Shown in pieces: positions 50,096-64,000 of a DNA stretch of 64,000 nucleotides. Source of the DNA: Geosiphon pyriformis uo1 (Eukaryota > Fungi > Glomeromycota); NCBI GenBank assembly GCA_016748015.1, contig JAAOMT010000009.1:1134459-1198458 (forward strand), read 5' to 3'. Numbering within the stretch: the first letter of the stretch is position 1; every line of letters starts with the position of its first letter. A model generated the notes under the pieces. That model worked only from the letters and a program-made list of their open reading frames with translations, searched no databases and had not been told where the DNA came from. The translations under genes were made by a program, and so were the position numbers.

Positions 50096-52339
50096 CAATC
50101 AAAGATTTAAAAGTTAAAATTCGAATAATTGTAAAGAAAACTAACTGCTGTTAATATTAAAATTAGTTTTAAAGCTTAATTCTAATCATTCAAGATTTGT
50201 ATTTTTAAAGTTAGGTCTAAATTTTTTTAGAGAACTAACTATATCTTAAACATTTTAACCAGCTGCTGCTTCAGTCAATAATTACTTAATGCAATTATAC
50301 TTATATTGTTAAGTTCTAAATTAAAACACCAAAAGCCATTTAGTTAATAAACTGCATACTATTTTGATAAAATAGTATCTGGCTGCTAATTGTTTATTTA
50401 TGTTATCATAATTTGTCGAATTATTATTATACCAATTGTTTTCACAATTGTGTTAAAATTTTTTATGAAAAATTGGTAGTATCTTTAGCTTTAAGAATTT
50501 CTAACAATTTGACTCTTTTGCTTTTAAAAAATTTTGTCTATCTATTAAATGAAAATTTTAAAGTCACTAAAACAAAAATAAATACCATAAATATTATTAC
50601 TTTTCATAAACAATACTTTAATTGGGCTCCTAATTTAAAGCATCAACTCATTTGTTAAAGTGTAAATCTTGTTTAAATGACCTTATTCCCAAAACTGGTG
50701 TTAATGATCTCTTTTCAAAAGTAAATAAATCTACTAATGATTTCAAGATGAATTGAAAAATAAGCTATTGATCAACTAAGATATTGGTTTTATTTATGCC
50801 AACATATACTAAATAGTCTGTAATCTGCAAATTTTCTACAACTAACTATATATATTCTTGTTTTTTATACTTTAGCACTTAGAGACCTTAATCCTTAGCT
50901 AAAAAAGATTGATTTCAAAAATAAATATTTTGTTTCCTAATAGAAATAAAGAATTATTCTTTATTATATTGTTTATTAATTCTCAATATTATTATTATGA
51001 ACTAGAAAGTTTTCAAATATTATTAAAATTATTGTATATCAATTTCTATAATTGATTAATAAGTAAACATCATTAATGAGCTTTAAGTAATCAATAAAAA
51101 TCGAAGATATAAGTGTTTTTTAAACTAGAAACATTAATTGTAATTTTGATCTGATTGATTTCATTAAATAAAAAATTGTTAATTTTATTTACTCATTGTT
51201 AGAATATTGTTAACTGTAAAATACTGTGAACTTTTATTTTTCTGGAAGAACACAATGACTGAATGAGCAAAACTGCTCTGAAAGTAGTTAAAAATAAAAA
51301 TAAAACAAAAGAAAAATGTAAAATGCTATAATTAATGAGTAATCTAATTTTAGAAACTAGACAATTAACAAAAAAAGCATGGGATTTAAGCACTATAGAG
51401 GATTTTAGAACATTAGTATTTGCAAAAACATTGTTTTGTATAGTTAATAATAAGTTGGCAGAGTTCTTGGATGTCAGCAAAGTAAGAAGCCTGAAAAAAA
51501 AAATTGTATTAAACTTAACTTTAAAACTTTTGGAACATTATTATTATTCTGAAACAAAACATTGTATCATTGTAACAGAATTTTTAATTATCTTTTTAGA
51601 GTAAAAATCAAATGTTAAATAAATTATTAATAATTCTAATTAACCAATAAAAAAATTTTATATTAAATTATTTTTTAAAAGTTTATATTTAATAATTATG
51701 TAATTTTGTTTTTAATGTAAATTTTATATTATGTTATTAGTTTACAATCAATAAAATTAATAATGGTTAACTATTAATTGTTTTAAAATAAATGTAACTA
51801 ATTATTTAAGCCAATTAAGACCATATTACATTGAATTTAACATAAAAAACCTATTTTAAACAGTTATTTTATGTTTATATTATACTTATAAAAGCATTAT
51901 TATTTTTAATTAAATTATTTATTTAATTAATAGTTTTTTAAAAATTAAACTTAATATTAAAAGCATTAAATTTTTATAATATTATTATCTTAATAAAAGT
52001 TTTTTTATTTAAAAATAAGTTTTTAATAATATTAATTTACATATTATTTTAAGTATTATTCAAGCTATATTTTATTTAAATTAGTAATAATTTTACTAAA
52101 AACACCAATAAAACTTTTTGTTTCTTTAATTTTATAATTACAATCAAAGCAAAAAGTAAAAAGGCTGTATTTAATATTTTTTAAGATATTTAATAAAGTT
52201 TTAATCAAAAAAGTTTTTTTTGTTATAAAAACTGCTAAACAAAATATCTTAAAAGTTTTTTTCTTAAATAACAATAGTAAAAAACTGCTTTTAATAGTCA
52301 TTAAAGCATTTTTTTATTTTTAACTGGCTTTTTTAATAT

Positions 52340-52800
52340 TTTTTTTTTTAAAATAATTAAAAAAATCAAAAGTTTAAAAAAACAGCAGCAATTACCTACC
52401 TTTATTATTGTTACACTAAACCTATTTGTAATTTTTAATGAAATTTTAGAAAAAATTTCTGTTGTATTATTTGGTTTATTATCTAAGATAAACCAAGATT
52501 AATTATTGGTTATATTATCTAATATAATGTTTTTTGGTAAATTTTTACTAATTATAGAAGCAAAGCAACTTTTTTTTGTTGAATTATCTGTTTTTGGAAA
52601 CTGAATTAATCAAATAAAAATTAAATCATTTTTTTTGTTAATTTTTGGTGCTGTTATTAGTAGTATTTAGGAAACTATTACTAGTTATCAAAGATTTATT
52701 AAATAAATAACTTCTACTTTAGTGTTTAATACAATTTTTAAGATCAAATTGGCTTATATTAAAGCTGTTTTTCAGTCTATACATGGTTTTTTAAATGACA
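52340..52800 (+). mobile_element. Hypermutated fragment of the ORF1-only LINE
   Basis: Colinear with the reverse complement of about 11070-10620 (e.g. TTTTAAGATCAAATTGGCTTAT..GCTGTTTTTCAGT..ATACATGG), differing mostly by C>T and G>A. Confidence 0.85.
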
Positions 52801-53999
52801 GTATTCTAAAAATTCTGTTTTTTAAGTATTATTAAATAATTAGATTGAGTATAAAAGTAATTAAGTCTTTGTTATACTGAATTTTAGAAAATTAGTTGGT
52901 TATTAGTATTAATTTTATTGTTATTTAAGAATTAATTTTAAAGAGCAAATTAATTTTACTGTATTTTTTTAGCAAATACTTAGTATTATTAAATAAACAA
53001 TAGTTGTTAATATTATTGTTGACTTGGTTGTAAAGCAAACTGATAATAATTGTTTTAATATTAAGATTTTAGTAAATAATAGGCTAATAATAATAGTTAA
53101 TAGTAAGACTGTTAAACTTAGAGATAATATTAATTATTTTTTTGCTGTTAGTCTTATTATAACTTTTGGCAAGCTTATTTTTAGTGTTCTAAAATTCTAC
53201 TATAATAACAGTTTTAAAATTAATTGTTAAATAATGATAGATAATTGTTTAAAGTATACTATTAAAGTAGTTAATATCTTTGTTGTTATTGTTGTTGTCA
53301 GTTAATGAAATAGTTTTTAACTTTTTTAATTAGTTGATTAATCTTTTTTTCAACTGCTAGGCTGGTTTTTTTAATGGCTAATTTAACAAGTTTAATATAA
53401 TTGGTTTTTTTTATAGCCATTTTATAGATTTTTATATGTTAAATAACTGTGGTTAAATCTTTAAAAACATATAAACAAACTTTTTTGATTAGTTTATCCT
53501 TAGATTCAACAATAAATTGGTTTAAAATTTAAGCATTAAAATAGTAATTATTAATTTTTAACTGGCAATTTGTTAAAAAAGTTTATTAAATATTTTAAGA
53601 TAAGTTATAACAGATTTAAAAGACTTTTGTTTAATATTTCAAACCCAATTTTAAAGAGTAATAAAGATATTGTTATTGGTAAACTGTTTTAAAAAAGCAT
53701 TTTTAAATACTTATTAGTTTTTAAAGAGTTTGTTTAAGTTTTTAAACCATTTTTTTGTTGTTCTTTAGAGAAAATATAGAATTGTTTTAAGCATTTTTAC
53801 TGTATTTTATCTATTTATATTTTCTGTTTTTAAAACTTTATTAAGCCATTTTTGAAGACTGGTATTAGCATTTTTTTTATAAATTTTAAGATTTTTATAA
53901 TATATATAGCTGTTATTTTTTTATTTTCATTTTTGTTGGTTTTTTTTTGGTAAATTCAGAAATATTTTTTTTATTATTTAAGTTTTTAAAATAATTACT

Positions 54000-55635
54000 T
54001 TGGCTTTTAGCTAAGTAGTTAAAAAGATTAACACTAATAGATATAAGTTCTGGCTATTAAATAAAACTTTTGAATAAAGTAAAATTTTCTAATCTTAAAA
54101 AACAAATAAGTAGAAAATTTGGTGTTTGTAATTATGTAAGTAAAATAAAGAATGGTGTGATTAAAAGTAATAATTTAATACTTGTTTTTTATTTAAGTGT
54201 TTGTAAATATTTGACAATTATCTTTGATGTATTGTGTATAGTATGATTAATTTATAGAGTTTTTTTTTGTTGCTATTTTTTGTTTCTAATTCTAAGTTAA
54301 AAAAAATTTGAATTGTACTGAGTATTTTTCTTTACAGCACTAAATAATGTTGAAATTAAGTTTTTAAAAGTAAGTATTGAGAATCTTGTTGTTGTAATCT
54401 TTGGTATTTATACCAAAATAATATAGTAAGTTTTTGTAAAAATTGTGTTTAATTTTTAAAATATTGTAGTCTTCAAAAAAATAATTGTTAATGTAATTTT
54501 CAATATATTAGTAGAGTGTTTTCTTAAAATTTTTAATTCCATTCTGTATATTAAAATTTTTTTTGCAATGTATATAAATTGACCAATAATATTTTAAAGT
54601 AGCTGTGTCTGCTGAAGTTATTACATTGAAATTTGTTGTTATTATGTTATTTCTGTAAGAAAACACCAAATATTATTAAAGATTTTTGGTTTCTTTTTTT
54701 AAGTGTTTTTGTTGTTATTTTGCTGTTAATTTTTAATTATTAAAAGTTAATAAATCTTTAATAACTAAATTTATTTTCAAATTATTTTTTATAATTTAAA
54801 CTACTGAGTTTATAAATAAAATAACCAATTCTATACACATTTTTTGTATAGTTATTTTGCAGTAAAAATCAACTTTTTTCTAAGAAACGCTTATTTGGAA
54901 ACTTATTATAAATATGTAATTACTTTGTTATAAAAGTCAATTTTTTTATAAAAATCTCATTTGTAAACTATTTTAATAATTTATAATAAAAAAAAATAAA
55001 AAAAATGTAAAAAAAAAGAATTTTGTTATAAAAATTGTTTTCTGTTTAAGTCTAAAGCTATTAATAAATTACTAAAATTGATAACTAATTAATTTTAAAA
55101 CATTAGTTGAAATTTAGAATATTTTAAGTAAAATAATTATAAATTTTATTGTTTTTAATATGGTTTTTATTGGAATAATTTGTAAAAATACTAAGAAAGA
55201 TATTTTTAATAAAGATAATTCTAACTGAGATATATTTTCTTGAAAAAAAAAAGTTTTTTTTTATACAATTTGTTGTAGTACTAATCTTTAAACTTGTATT
55301 TTTCTCTTTGCTATTATTTTAACAAACTAAAAATATATTTTTATAAACTACAAATTGTTTTTACAAAATATAAATTATTTTAATAAACTATTAAATTAAT
55401 TTATGAAATTTTACAAATTTTGGCAAATTCTTAAATGTTATAAAGTTTAAGATATTGTGTAATTTAATTATTACAATTTGTATATTGTATTAATTAAATT
55501 ATTAATTAAATAGTAATTTAAACAATTTGCTAAGATAATAAGTAATAAATTGAAATAATAATATATACTAATTAATGCTAAAAATTATAAAAATAATTTT
55601 ATGCTAAATTATGTTTCAAATTTTTATTGGTAACA
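54000..55635 (-). mobile_element. Hypermutated second copy of the 49.1-kb LTR-like element, with a longer internal region (left boundary approximate)
   Basis: The reverse complement starts TGTTACCA and shares AGTACTACAACAA..TTCAAGAAAATATATCT and downstream blocks with 49077-50095. Confidence 0.65.
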
Positions 55636-55706
55636 ATATGACTAGATTTTTTTTATATAAAATTTTAGAATTATTAAAAGTAATTTCTAATAGAAAATTA
55701 TATTTT

Positions 55707-56131
55707 TGTAGTAGTTAAAATAAAAATTGAAAAATATTGTTACTTATAAAAAGTAAGAGTATTATAAAATTAGAAGAATAGCCAATCAGAAATAGACATA
55801 GTAACAGAAGAATTCCAAAATTTCTCTAAGAGAATTTTAGGATTCCAGAATCTCAGAATCCCAAGATTCTTTATAAGAAATTGTAGAATTTCAGAATTTT
55901 TTTAAAGAAATTGCAAAATTCCAGAAATCTTGTATAATACCAACTATAGATATATAGCAGTAGTGTTGGAAGCAAGAAATTCAGAATTCAGAACCCAGTT
56001 TTAGTTAGTATCTTCTTTTTTATCTATTAATTAACTTTCACTTTACAAATAGTCAATATTCACCAAAGTGAATTCATTAACAAAATATCAAATAAAACAT
56101 ACTTATTATTATCCAATCTATGTTATTATCA
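55707..56131 (+). mobile_element. Possible solo LTR
   Basis: TG...TTATCA ends, repeated GAATT(C/T)CAGAA motifs and a TATA-like box; no convincing TSD. Confidence 0.3.
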
Positions 56132-58039
56132 TTTGTTTAAGCCACTAACCACTCTTCTATTTATTAATACTTTATGTTGATAATATTTAATACTTAATTA
56201 TACTGGAATAATAGCTCTTAATTATGGCTATTGACAGAATACTAATTCTTTTTTTTTTTTTTTTGTATTTATTTTTGTAGTTGATTTACTAATTGATTAA
56301 AAAAATTAATATACAGAGTACTGACATCAGGATATAACACTTGTAAAAGACCCAAAAATAAGAATAAACACTTAAAATTGAAGATAGCTTACCAAAAAAT
56401 ACTGGCCACCAAGCTGAAAAAAAAATTAATAGAATATAAATATTTCAGAAAGTGATGAACACCAAAGCATACCAACTTGAGAGTTGAAAAGAAATTAAAA
56501 ACATTACCAAAAGATATTACTATTGAATCTCTGTTTATTATATAAAAGACTTAACTAAAACTTTTAGATATTACCAATACATATCAACTATTAAACACCA
56601 AGTTACAGGTTTGTTATTTGTTTTTATATTCTAAATAATCACTTGTAACAGTATTTATAATATTTTTAAGTATATTTTTAATAATAAAATAAATAAAATA
56701 AATTATTTTTATATATAAAAATTAAAAAATTTTTTTAATAGTTTAATAATTTTGATTTTTTTAAATATTTTTGAAATTGTTTTAATTCTTTTTTAAATAT
56801 TAATAGTAATAATTAAAATATGGTTAATTAAATTAATTGTTTCTTAGATAATGTTTGATAATTACTATTAGTACTAAGTTTTGTGAAATTTTGTTAAAAA
56901 ACACAATTAGTATATATATTCTTAATTTAAATATTAACAGATCAAATAATTATTATTAATAGTAAATTTTTAATTAGTTATTATGTACAACTTTCTTCAA
57001 AAATTTTTCACTTAGACATAATTTATATGTTTTATTATTTAAGATATTATGAATATAAAAGAATCTGTCTTATTTATTATTAAATTTTATACTTTATTGT
57101 TTTTTTGTTTTTATTTAATATAATAAAACTTTGTCTTTTATTTTGTAGATAATAGATTGTTTTAAGAGTTTTTTATTGTGTCAAGCTTTCTGTTGTTTTT
57201 GGAAGTACTTAATATTATTAGTTGTATATTAATAATTGTTTTCTAGTTTTTCTAGCAGTTTGTAAGTTTATTTTTTAATAGTTTTTTCTAAGTTGCTCTT
57301 ATTTATTAGTTTTATTAAGTAAATGTTTATTATTAATTTTATTAATAACATAGTATTTTTTCTGTATGCTAATTTATAATGTCTTGTTTTACTGTTTAAT
57401 AAGTCAATAAAACTAAAAAGATAATTAAGTTCTATTATTTTATTGTTTATTTTTGCAAGAAATTTACATAGTATTTTATTAAAATATTTTAATAATTCAT
57501 TTGTTTATGAATGATAAAATGATAAAAAAGGTTATTTTATTTCAAAATATTGGGTAATTTTAATAAGCAAATTATTTACAAGATAAGTTTTTTGATTTAG
57601 AAATAGCTGTTTTAGACAGTTATATTTACAAATCAAATCTTTATACACAAAATTAGCAATTAATTTAACATTTGTGGTTTTAATAGTCTTTGCTTCTGGC
57701 TATTTTGTTAAGAGTTTATTGTAATTATAATGTATTAATTCTCTTTAGTGGTAATAGTTAGTAGTTCTACTAGATTAATTTCTATTCTATTAAATAGTTT
57801 TCTTATTTTAATAGATTTTAATAGATTTTAATAGTTCAGTTACTCTTTATTCTCTTTTTTTTAAATATATATTGTGGTTGCAAATGTATTAAATAATATT
57901 AGTCTGTATTTTTGACCAGTAGTACAAATTAATTATCTATTAAATTGTGGTTTTTTTTGTAAAATGCTTTATATTCAAATCGAAATACATATTATAAAGA
58001 ATAATTTCTTTTTTATTTTTAGTAATTATTTTAAATAAA

Positions 58040-61000
58040 TTTTTTTTTTATTATGTTTAACAAGTGAGGTCCAAACACTACCTAGAACTATACATCAATA
58101 AAATGATATAAACTAGGCATGAATCATGCACTTAACCACATATGACCAGCCACTCGAGCCAGTCAGGACAACACTATGCAACTATATTAACAGAAACCAT
58201 GTTACCAATACCCGAAAAAAACAAACAAGACTTATGAAAGCCAAAAAGAATGTCAAAGGCTTCAGTAACACCAAGCAATTTAATCACACTAGGTGACAAC
58301 CTCGAAACTGAACCAAAAATTGGGATGGGAATAGATCCATCTGCTGGGATCAGGCCATTCTTTTTCATAAAAGCACAATACTTGGTATGGACCAACCAAA
58401 TATCATTCCTAAAAGCAGAGCATAGAGAGCACATAAAATCAGTAATTTTAACATCAGCAATCTTGGGATCATGGAAGACAGTAACAGCCTCCTGAAGCCA
58501 TCCATTGAAAACAAAACCCTTGTAAAGAGCCGAAGAGACCAGCAAATCTGAAGCACAGGTTAACATTAACTGCAACACAATTGAAGAGGAAAGAAAGAGC
58601 CCAGAAAGTAACCTCCAATAAGACATGTAGGATTCCAGAACCTGATGACAAGCTGAATCATCAATTGCACAAGAAAACACATGATCAGAAATCTCTACCT
58701 CACCACAATACAGACATATGACACTAGGGTAACATTTATTGTAAATACACTTCCGGACAGCCACAGGAAACTGATGGTGCAAAGCCTTCATAAAATAAGT
58801 ATGAGTATCAGCTGTAAGCCTACTAGTAAAACCAGTGGCCATATTCAAATCAGGATGCCAAACCCTAGAAGAGCTGAGCCAGTCAACATCTGAACACAAA
58901 CTATTAGCCAGAAATCCAGAACCAGAATCAACCTCCCAGTGTGCATGACAAACTACATGATAAACATTTCAAACAAAGTGTCTAGAATTACCAGAAACAA
59001 CACCACTATCTGCCAATAAAAAGTGTCCATCCATGCAAGAAGGAAAATACCAACCAGATAGAGATGTAGCATCAGTGATGTTATCAGCACAGTCATTCCC
59101 TAAGATGCTGGAGTGGCCCTTAACTTTGTGCCAACTAACTCTCAAATTCTTACTGTGGATAACATTCTGAATATGCTGATACTTGACCCAACATCGATTG
59201 CAAAAGTTAGGGCACACCAGACTTAACTCAGATCTACAAGCATCTAAAACTGCTTAACTATCTGAAAACAAATCAATAGAACAAACTGTAGGCACACACT
59301 CCAAAGCCAATGCTATAGCCTGTAATTCTGCTAAAGTAAATAACACTAAACTCTAAACACTGACATCCAAACCCAAATCAATGTCCTTAAAAAAAACAGC
59401 AGCCTCAGCTCTACAATCAACTGTACCCAAATTCTTCAAAGAATCATCCATATATACAGACAAACTATTGATGTCAACCTGGGAAAGACAACCATGGGCA
59501 GTCACAAAATCATTAAACTCACAAAAGTTAAGAGGACCAGCACCAACTGAGGCTGTGGAAGACAAATAAGAAGTCATAAGAAATGCAACAGAAAGTTCAA
59601 ACCATTCAAGAACTGGGCCATGAAGATCCAGTCTCTTTCACCACTTGAAAGTGCACCAGCTAAAAACAATGCCATGACAATCACGAAGCTGATCCATGAA
59701 GGCAATGCTAAAATGCTGGAGAGAAAGTAAAAACTTAAAAAACAAAGACTTGCCAAGAACGATAAACATAGGAATCCTGTTACAAAACTGAAAAGCACTG
59801 GCCAAAAAGCCACCCAAAGACAAATTGCAATTAAGGAGAATGTGAACCATACCAGCCAAGAAATTATTAGAAACACTAACACAAATATGAACAGAAAAGA
59901 TCAATGGGTAAATGGGCTGCCAACACAGAACCTGTAAGTCATGTAACTTGTGACTGAACAGATGCCCCAAGATTCTGCCAGAGTTTGCAAAACTAATAAG
60001 CAAAGCTACTTTACTTTCAGATTGACACTGTGAAAATGATTTTAAACCATAAAAAGAGGGATGGTGAATAGTATTACTGGGAAAATTCATTGGAAGACCA
60101 GCTTTTAGCTTCAAGCTCTTGCGAATCAGAGCATTCCATTTATTGCACACACCAATAGGAATATTGCTGAACTGCATTCTGTAGCTGATTATGGGATGGC
60201 AAACTGCTGACACCAGATATAAGAACTGCTTATCTGAAACCACCTTTCTTAGAACTAAATTAGTAAAGAAATGAATGTCTGAATGTGCTTTAGCCAAGCT
60301 AGGCCTTGAAAGACCCTTAGTTGACAAAAAAATACCGAGATACCAATGAGGTTCCTTTCTACAGACAACAGAAATAGGTGAACCACTAATAAAAAGAGAC
60401 AGAACACTGACCCTGCTGTTGATTGGAATGGCCACAATTTTGTCATTATTAATTGAAATGTTATTGACTCAAAAAAATTCACTAGCAACATTGAAAATAT
60501 GCTGAGTAGCAACCTAACTGCTACCAACCCAAATAGTATCATCAACAAAAGCACCAGCAGCAAAGAAAGTAAAAAATCCAGCCTGAGACTCAATGTGACC
60601 ACTCCCAGAAACAAAATGAGAATTGAGCCTATAACTACACATACTCTCTTAATGCTTGACTTCACACAAAAGAGGATCATAAAATATGCACCACAGCAGA
60701 GGGGAAAAAACTTCACTTTGGTCCAATCCATCAAACACCTGGTAACTATCTGTCAAACCAAAATCTGTCATGACACAGTTGGTTCAGTTCCTATGAATAC
60801 TACCAAAAAAGCAAACAAATTTACTACATATTTTGATTCTGACCAAGCTCTTCTCAAGGTGCTTCCAGCCAACTGAATCATACGCCTTCCGCATGTTCTG
60901 CAGAACAAGCCAAAGTTCCCAGTTTTTTTTCAAAATATTCTCAATTACTGAGCCAACCACAAAAATAGGAGACTGAGTTGTTGTACTCTTTAGAACTGAA

Positions 61001-62793
61001 AAATTGTCACCACGCAGAACATTATATGAGCTGCAAGCCAGTGAGATCCTATCTGAAAGAATCTTGGATAAAATCTTGTAAGCTGTTTCAATCAAGGCAA
61101 TAGAATGAGTATTTGTGAAAACACCTTCTCACTCATAAAGTTTGGGAATCATTGAAACCCAAGCTTCCTTCCAAGGACCAGACATCAACTCACAAGACAA
61201 ACAAGAATTCAAAAAAACCAAAAGCAAACCCAAAACCGACTTATTACAATGTTTCTAAAGCTCATTAGAGATGCCCGAGAGACCAGCAGCTTTCCCATCT
61301 AAAAGATTGGTTATCACATAATGCAACTCATCAAAATCAATTTCACTCATCACCTCAAAAAAAGCATCATCAAAGACATAGTCCAAAGATTGATATTGAT
61401 GAGACCAAGTATCAGAGATATCATCAACCACTACATGCTTTTTGGTCCATCCTTCCATGATAGCATCCATCTTGGACTTAACCAAATCAGGTTCAAGAAC
61501 CATTGTCCATGACCAGATGGTCCAAAACCACTTTGCAAAAGAGACATTCTAACACACTTCTGATTGTACAACCCTTATTCAGTTTAAAACTCTCTATCCT
61601 ATTGATAATAGCCTGCCTAATGTGAGATTTTTTAGCACGCTTGGACTCCAGCAATTTAGAAGAGCGGTATAACTTCCTTGTTTTGGCCAGAGCAGAACAA
61701 ATGTCATCAAATTTAGCATTAGAAAAAAACATAGATTTTACTGTTGAAGCACCAGCAGAGTCAAGGTTGTCCCATAGACCCAAAAGCAAAGCAAAACTGA
61801 CACTAGAACTCAAATGAAAAGCCTTCACCAGCTTAGAAACTAACAGTTCTAGCTTATGAAACCTAGACGACACTTTATTGTAAACTGTATCAAAATCTTT
61901 AAACCATCTTTTCTTGAAAGCACCACTAGCTGAAAGAATCATGATCTTATGAATAATGTCCCACATAGTGTCAAGATCAGAAAACTTTACAGCAACACCA
62001 AACGCACCTGAAAACATAGTAGTGTTAGCAGTCATAGCATCCTTAAACTCAAGCCATTTAGTCTTACTGGTATTTTTGACATCAAATTTCCAATAATCTT
62101 TATTCATCTGCTTGCGAAGAGAAAACAAACATGTATCTAATAAACTGTTCAGGCTCACAGACACAGACACAGCCTGGTGGTCTGTATCAAAATATTCACT
62201 GACGTCTGAAACACTGCGATGTACTAAAGAATTAACCAGATTTGGTGAAACAAACACATAATCAATAGTTTTCATAACACCCTTAGAATTTGTTCAAGTG
62301 GGCATCTTAATGGCCAGGCTTCCAATTAAAGAGTTAACCAACCCCAACTCAAGGCACTTTTTGAAACTCACATACTTTTAAAAACCATCTTCATTAAAAT
62401 CACCACCAAAGACAACAAAAAAAGACTCATTAATGGCTTTAGCAATAAGAGAGTTGATTTCACCAGCCTGAGAAAACCGAACCACTGATAAAGCACCAGC
62501 ATAGAGCCCCAAAATAGACACTGAAAGTTTATTTTTGAAAAGCAACTTGATGGATAGGAGCCAACCAGGCACCTTAGAGACCTTGCAGATATGTTTTGCT
62601 AAAGAAAAATTCATAATGATCAACACACCAGCATCCAAAAAACCAGAATCCAGACCAGAAGTAAAAACCCAAACACCATCAAATTTGTCGGTCAACCATG
62701 GGTGAACTTTCTCTTTAAGTTTCGACTCTGTAAAAATAGAAACCAAATTGTTCATATCCTTGTGCCAATAAATGACATCATCTTGCTTCGCAG
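58040..62793 (-). mobile_element. L1-like LINE copy 3 (ORF2 and 3' UTR), degenerate, cut near the ORF2 start by an insertion
   Basis: APE (GGDFNE, IDYVF, DTDH), RT (QNMRKAYDSV, AGAFVDDTIW, YLGI), RNase H (VYMDDS, KVKGHS) and CLYCG; shared 3' UTR; T-run at 58040-58049. Confidence 0.93.
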
Positions 62794-64000
62794 TATTACA
62801 GTTTAAGAATTTAGAAAAAAGAATCATAAAAATAATACAAACTATTCAATCATAATATAGCACAGTAATAATCTTAGAAAGATAATGATTAACATAGTAG
62901 CAAACACCATCTCGCGATAGTGGCAAGCACCAGTTCACAATAGCAGCCAACACCAATTGGTAATAGCAGCAAACACCAGGTTGAAATATCAAAAAGAAAG
63001 TATTTTCTCGTAGAACTACAAACATGTATATATACAGTAGTTTTAATATTGGAAAATAAAAAAATCAAGTAATAAAAATCATAACTTATCAAGCAATAGA
63101 TCCAATTTTATCCAACAAACTCCACTTTAAATCATACTTTCAAATTAAATATCCCAAGAAACCTTTAAAAATCAAAAAGAAATATTTAAAACTGAACTAT
63201 CACAACCCAAAGTATTAAGAAACTTACTTGTATTATTTATTGAATGAAACTATTATTCATCAACTGAAACCCTTGGAAGAATAATCCTTGATCAAGATTA
63301 TTCACGTTGTTACTAATTGATAAAAGCTTTATTGTGAGAATTAAAAAAGCACTAAAGACCATTAACATTCTGTGTTTCTAGATTAGAGAAACACATCAGG
63401 CAATTGCAAGGATAGCCTCAGAAAAGACCCCAGACAGTGGGTAGATTTCAGTTTAGTCTCTGAAAAGGAGTACATAAACACACACAACAATCAAGAATTA
63501 AAGAATAACTTACATCACAACAGTAAAAAGAAAGCCTTCAGTGTAACAGTGACATTATCACACAAATAGAATTGAGGAACTCACAAAAGACTAATTGCAA
63601 TTAAAGTGGGATATCAGCAATTAAATATAACAAGAAAACCATCCCGTAACATTTGGTGAACCTTACAAGGAAAGAAAATCAAAAAGGAAATAATAATTAG
63701 CAATAATTCATTGCTAAAAAGGAAAAGACAAAAGTGGTGACAAAAACCCCTAATCTTACTGTTCTTGAATTCTGCCGTGCTATTTACACACAAAATCAAA
63801 GTAATCTTGGATTACCAGAAGGGTGTTGTCCAGCAGAATCTGCTCTCACTTATTATATCAACGCCAGAATAAATTATCATATAGGAAAGGAAGAAGAACC
63901 ACACGATGCAAAACTTGGATTGTATAGAGAATTATCACAATACACTACAAAAGAAGTAGCAGTAATAGCCGTAACTATTGTCAAAATCTATCGAGAAATT
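62794..64000 (+). mobile_element. Probable LTR retrotransposon 5' end nested in LINE copy 3; a possible gag-like frame is open to the window end
   Basis: Abrupt loss of LINE homology at 62793 (TATTACAG, possibly a decayed TGTTACAG), LTR-like composition, then an open frame EFCRAIYTQNQSNLGLPEGCCPAES.. running to 64000. Confidence 0.5.

Noticed and set aside
50413-53230. Short Ile/Lys/Asn/Phe-rich ORFs suggesting organellar or endosymbiont DNA
   Set aside because: Part of the region aligns to nuclear TE copies within this window; the composition reflects AT erosion and no organellar gene is recognisable.

Overview
Intron-rich, AT-rich eukaryotic DNA from a fungus. The gene content, the tyrosine-kinase-like pseudogene and the repeat families suggest an early-diverging Mucoromycota/Glomeromycotina species (inference). 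Both ends (about 1-12.6 kb and 48-64 kb) are transposon graveyards. They hold three degenerate L1-like LINEs (APE endonuclease-RT-RNase H-Cys/His domain), an ORF1-only non-autonomous LINE with the same 3' end, a deleted Tc1/mariner element, and LTR-like relics, some eroded to near-pure AT by C:G>T:A change. The central island (about 14-47.5 kb) encodes Aurora kinase, RidA/MMF1, an SLF2/Nse6-like protein, cofactor-independent phosphoglycerate mutase, cohesin SCC3, trifunctional FOL1, a kinase pseudogene, PRPP synthetase, glycogen synthase and a stand-alone arabinokinase-N-terminal-like glycosyltransferase. The strongest novelty candidate is an intronless 574-aa ORF (42454-44178). It has a predicted signal peptide and about 55 Cys, and is divided by Kex2-type dibasic sites into seven divergent 48-aa modules of two types that align without gaps and show a 10-residue internal period. 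It looks like a polyprotein precursor for a set of disulfide-rich, possibly beta-solenoid or amyloid-like secreted peptides. Coordinates of spliced genes span start to stop, and exon boundaries were read by eye.
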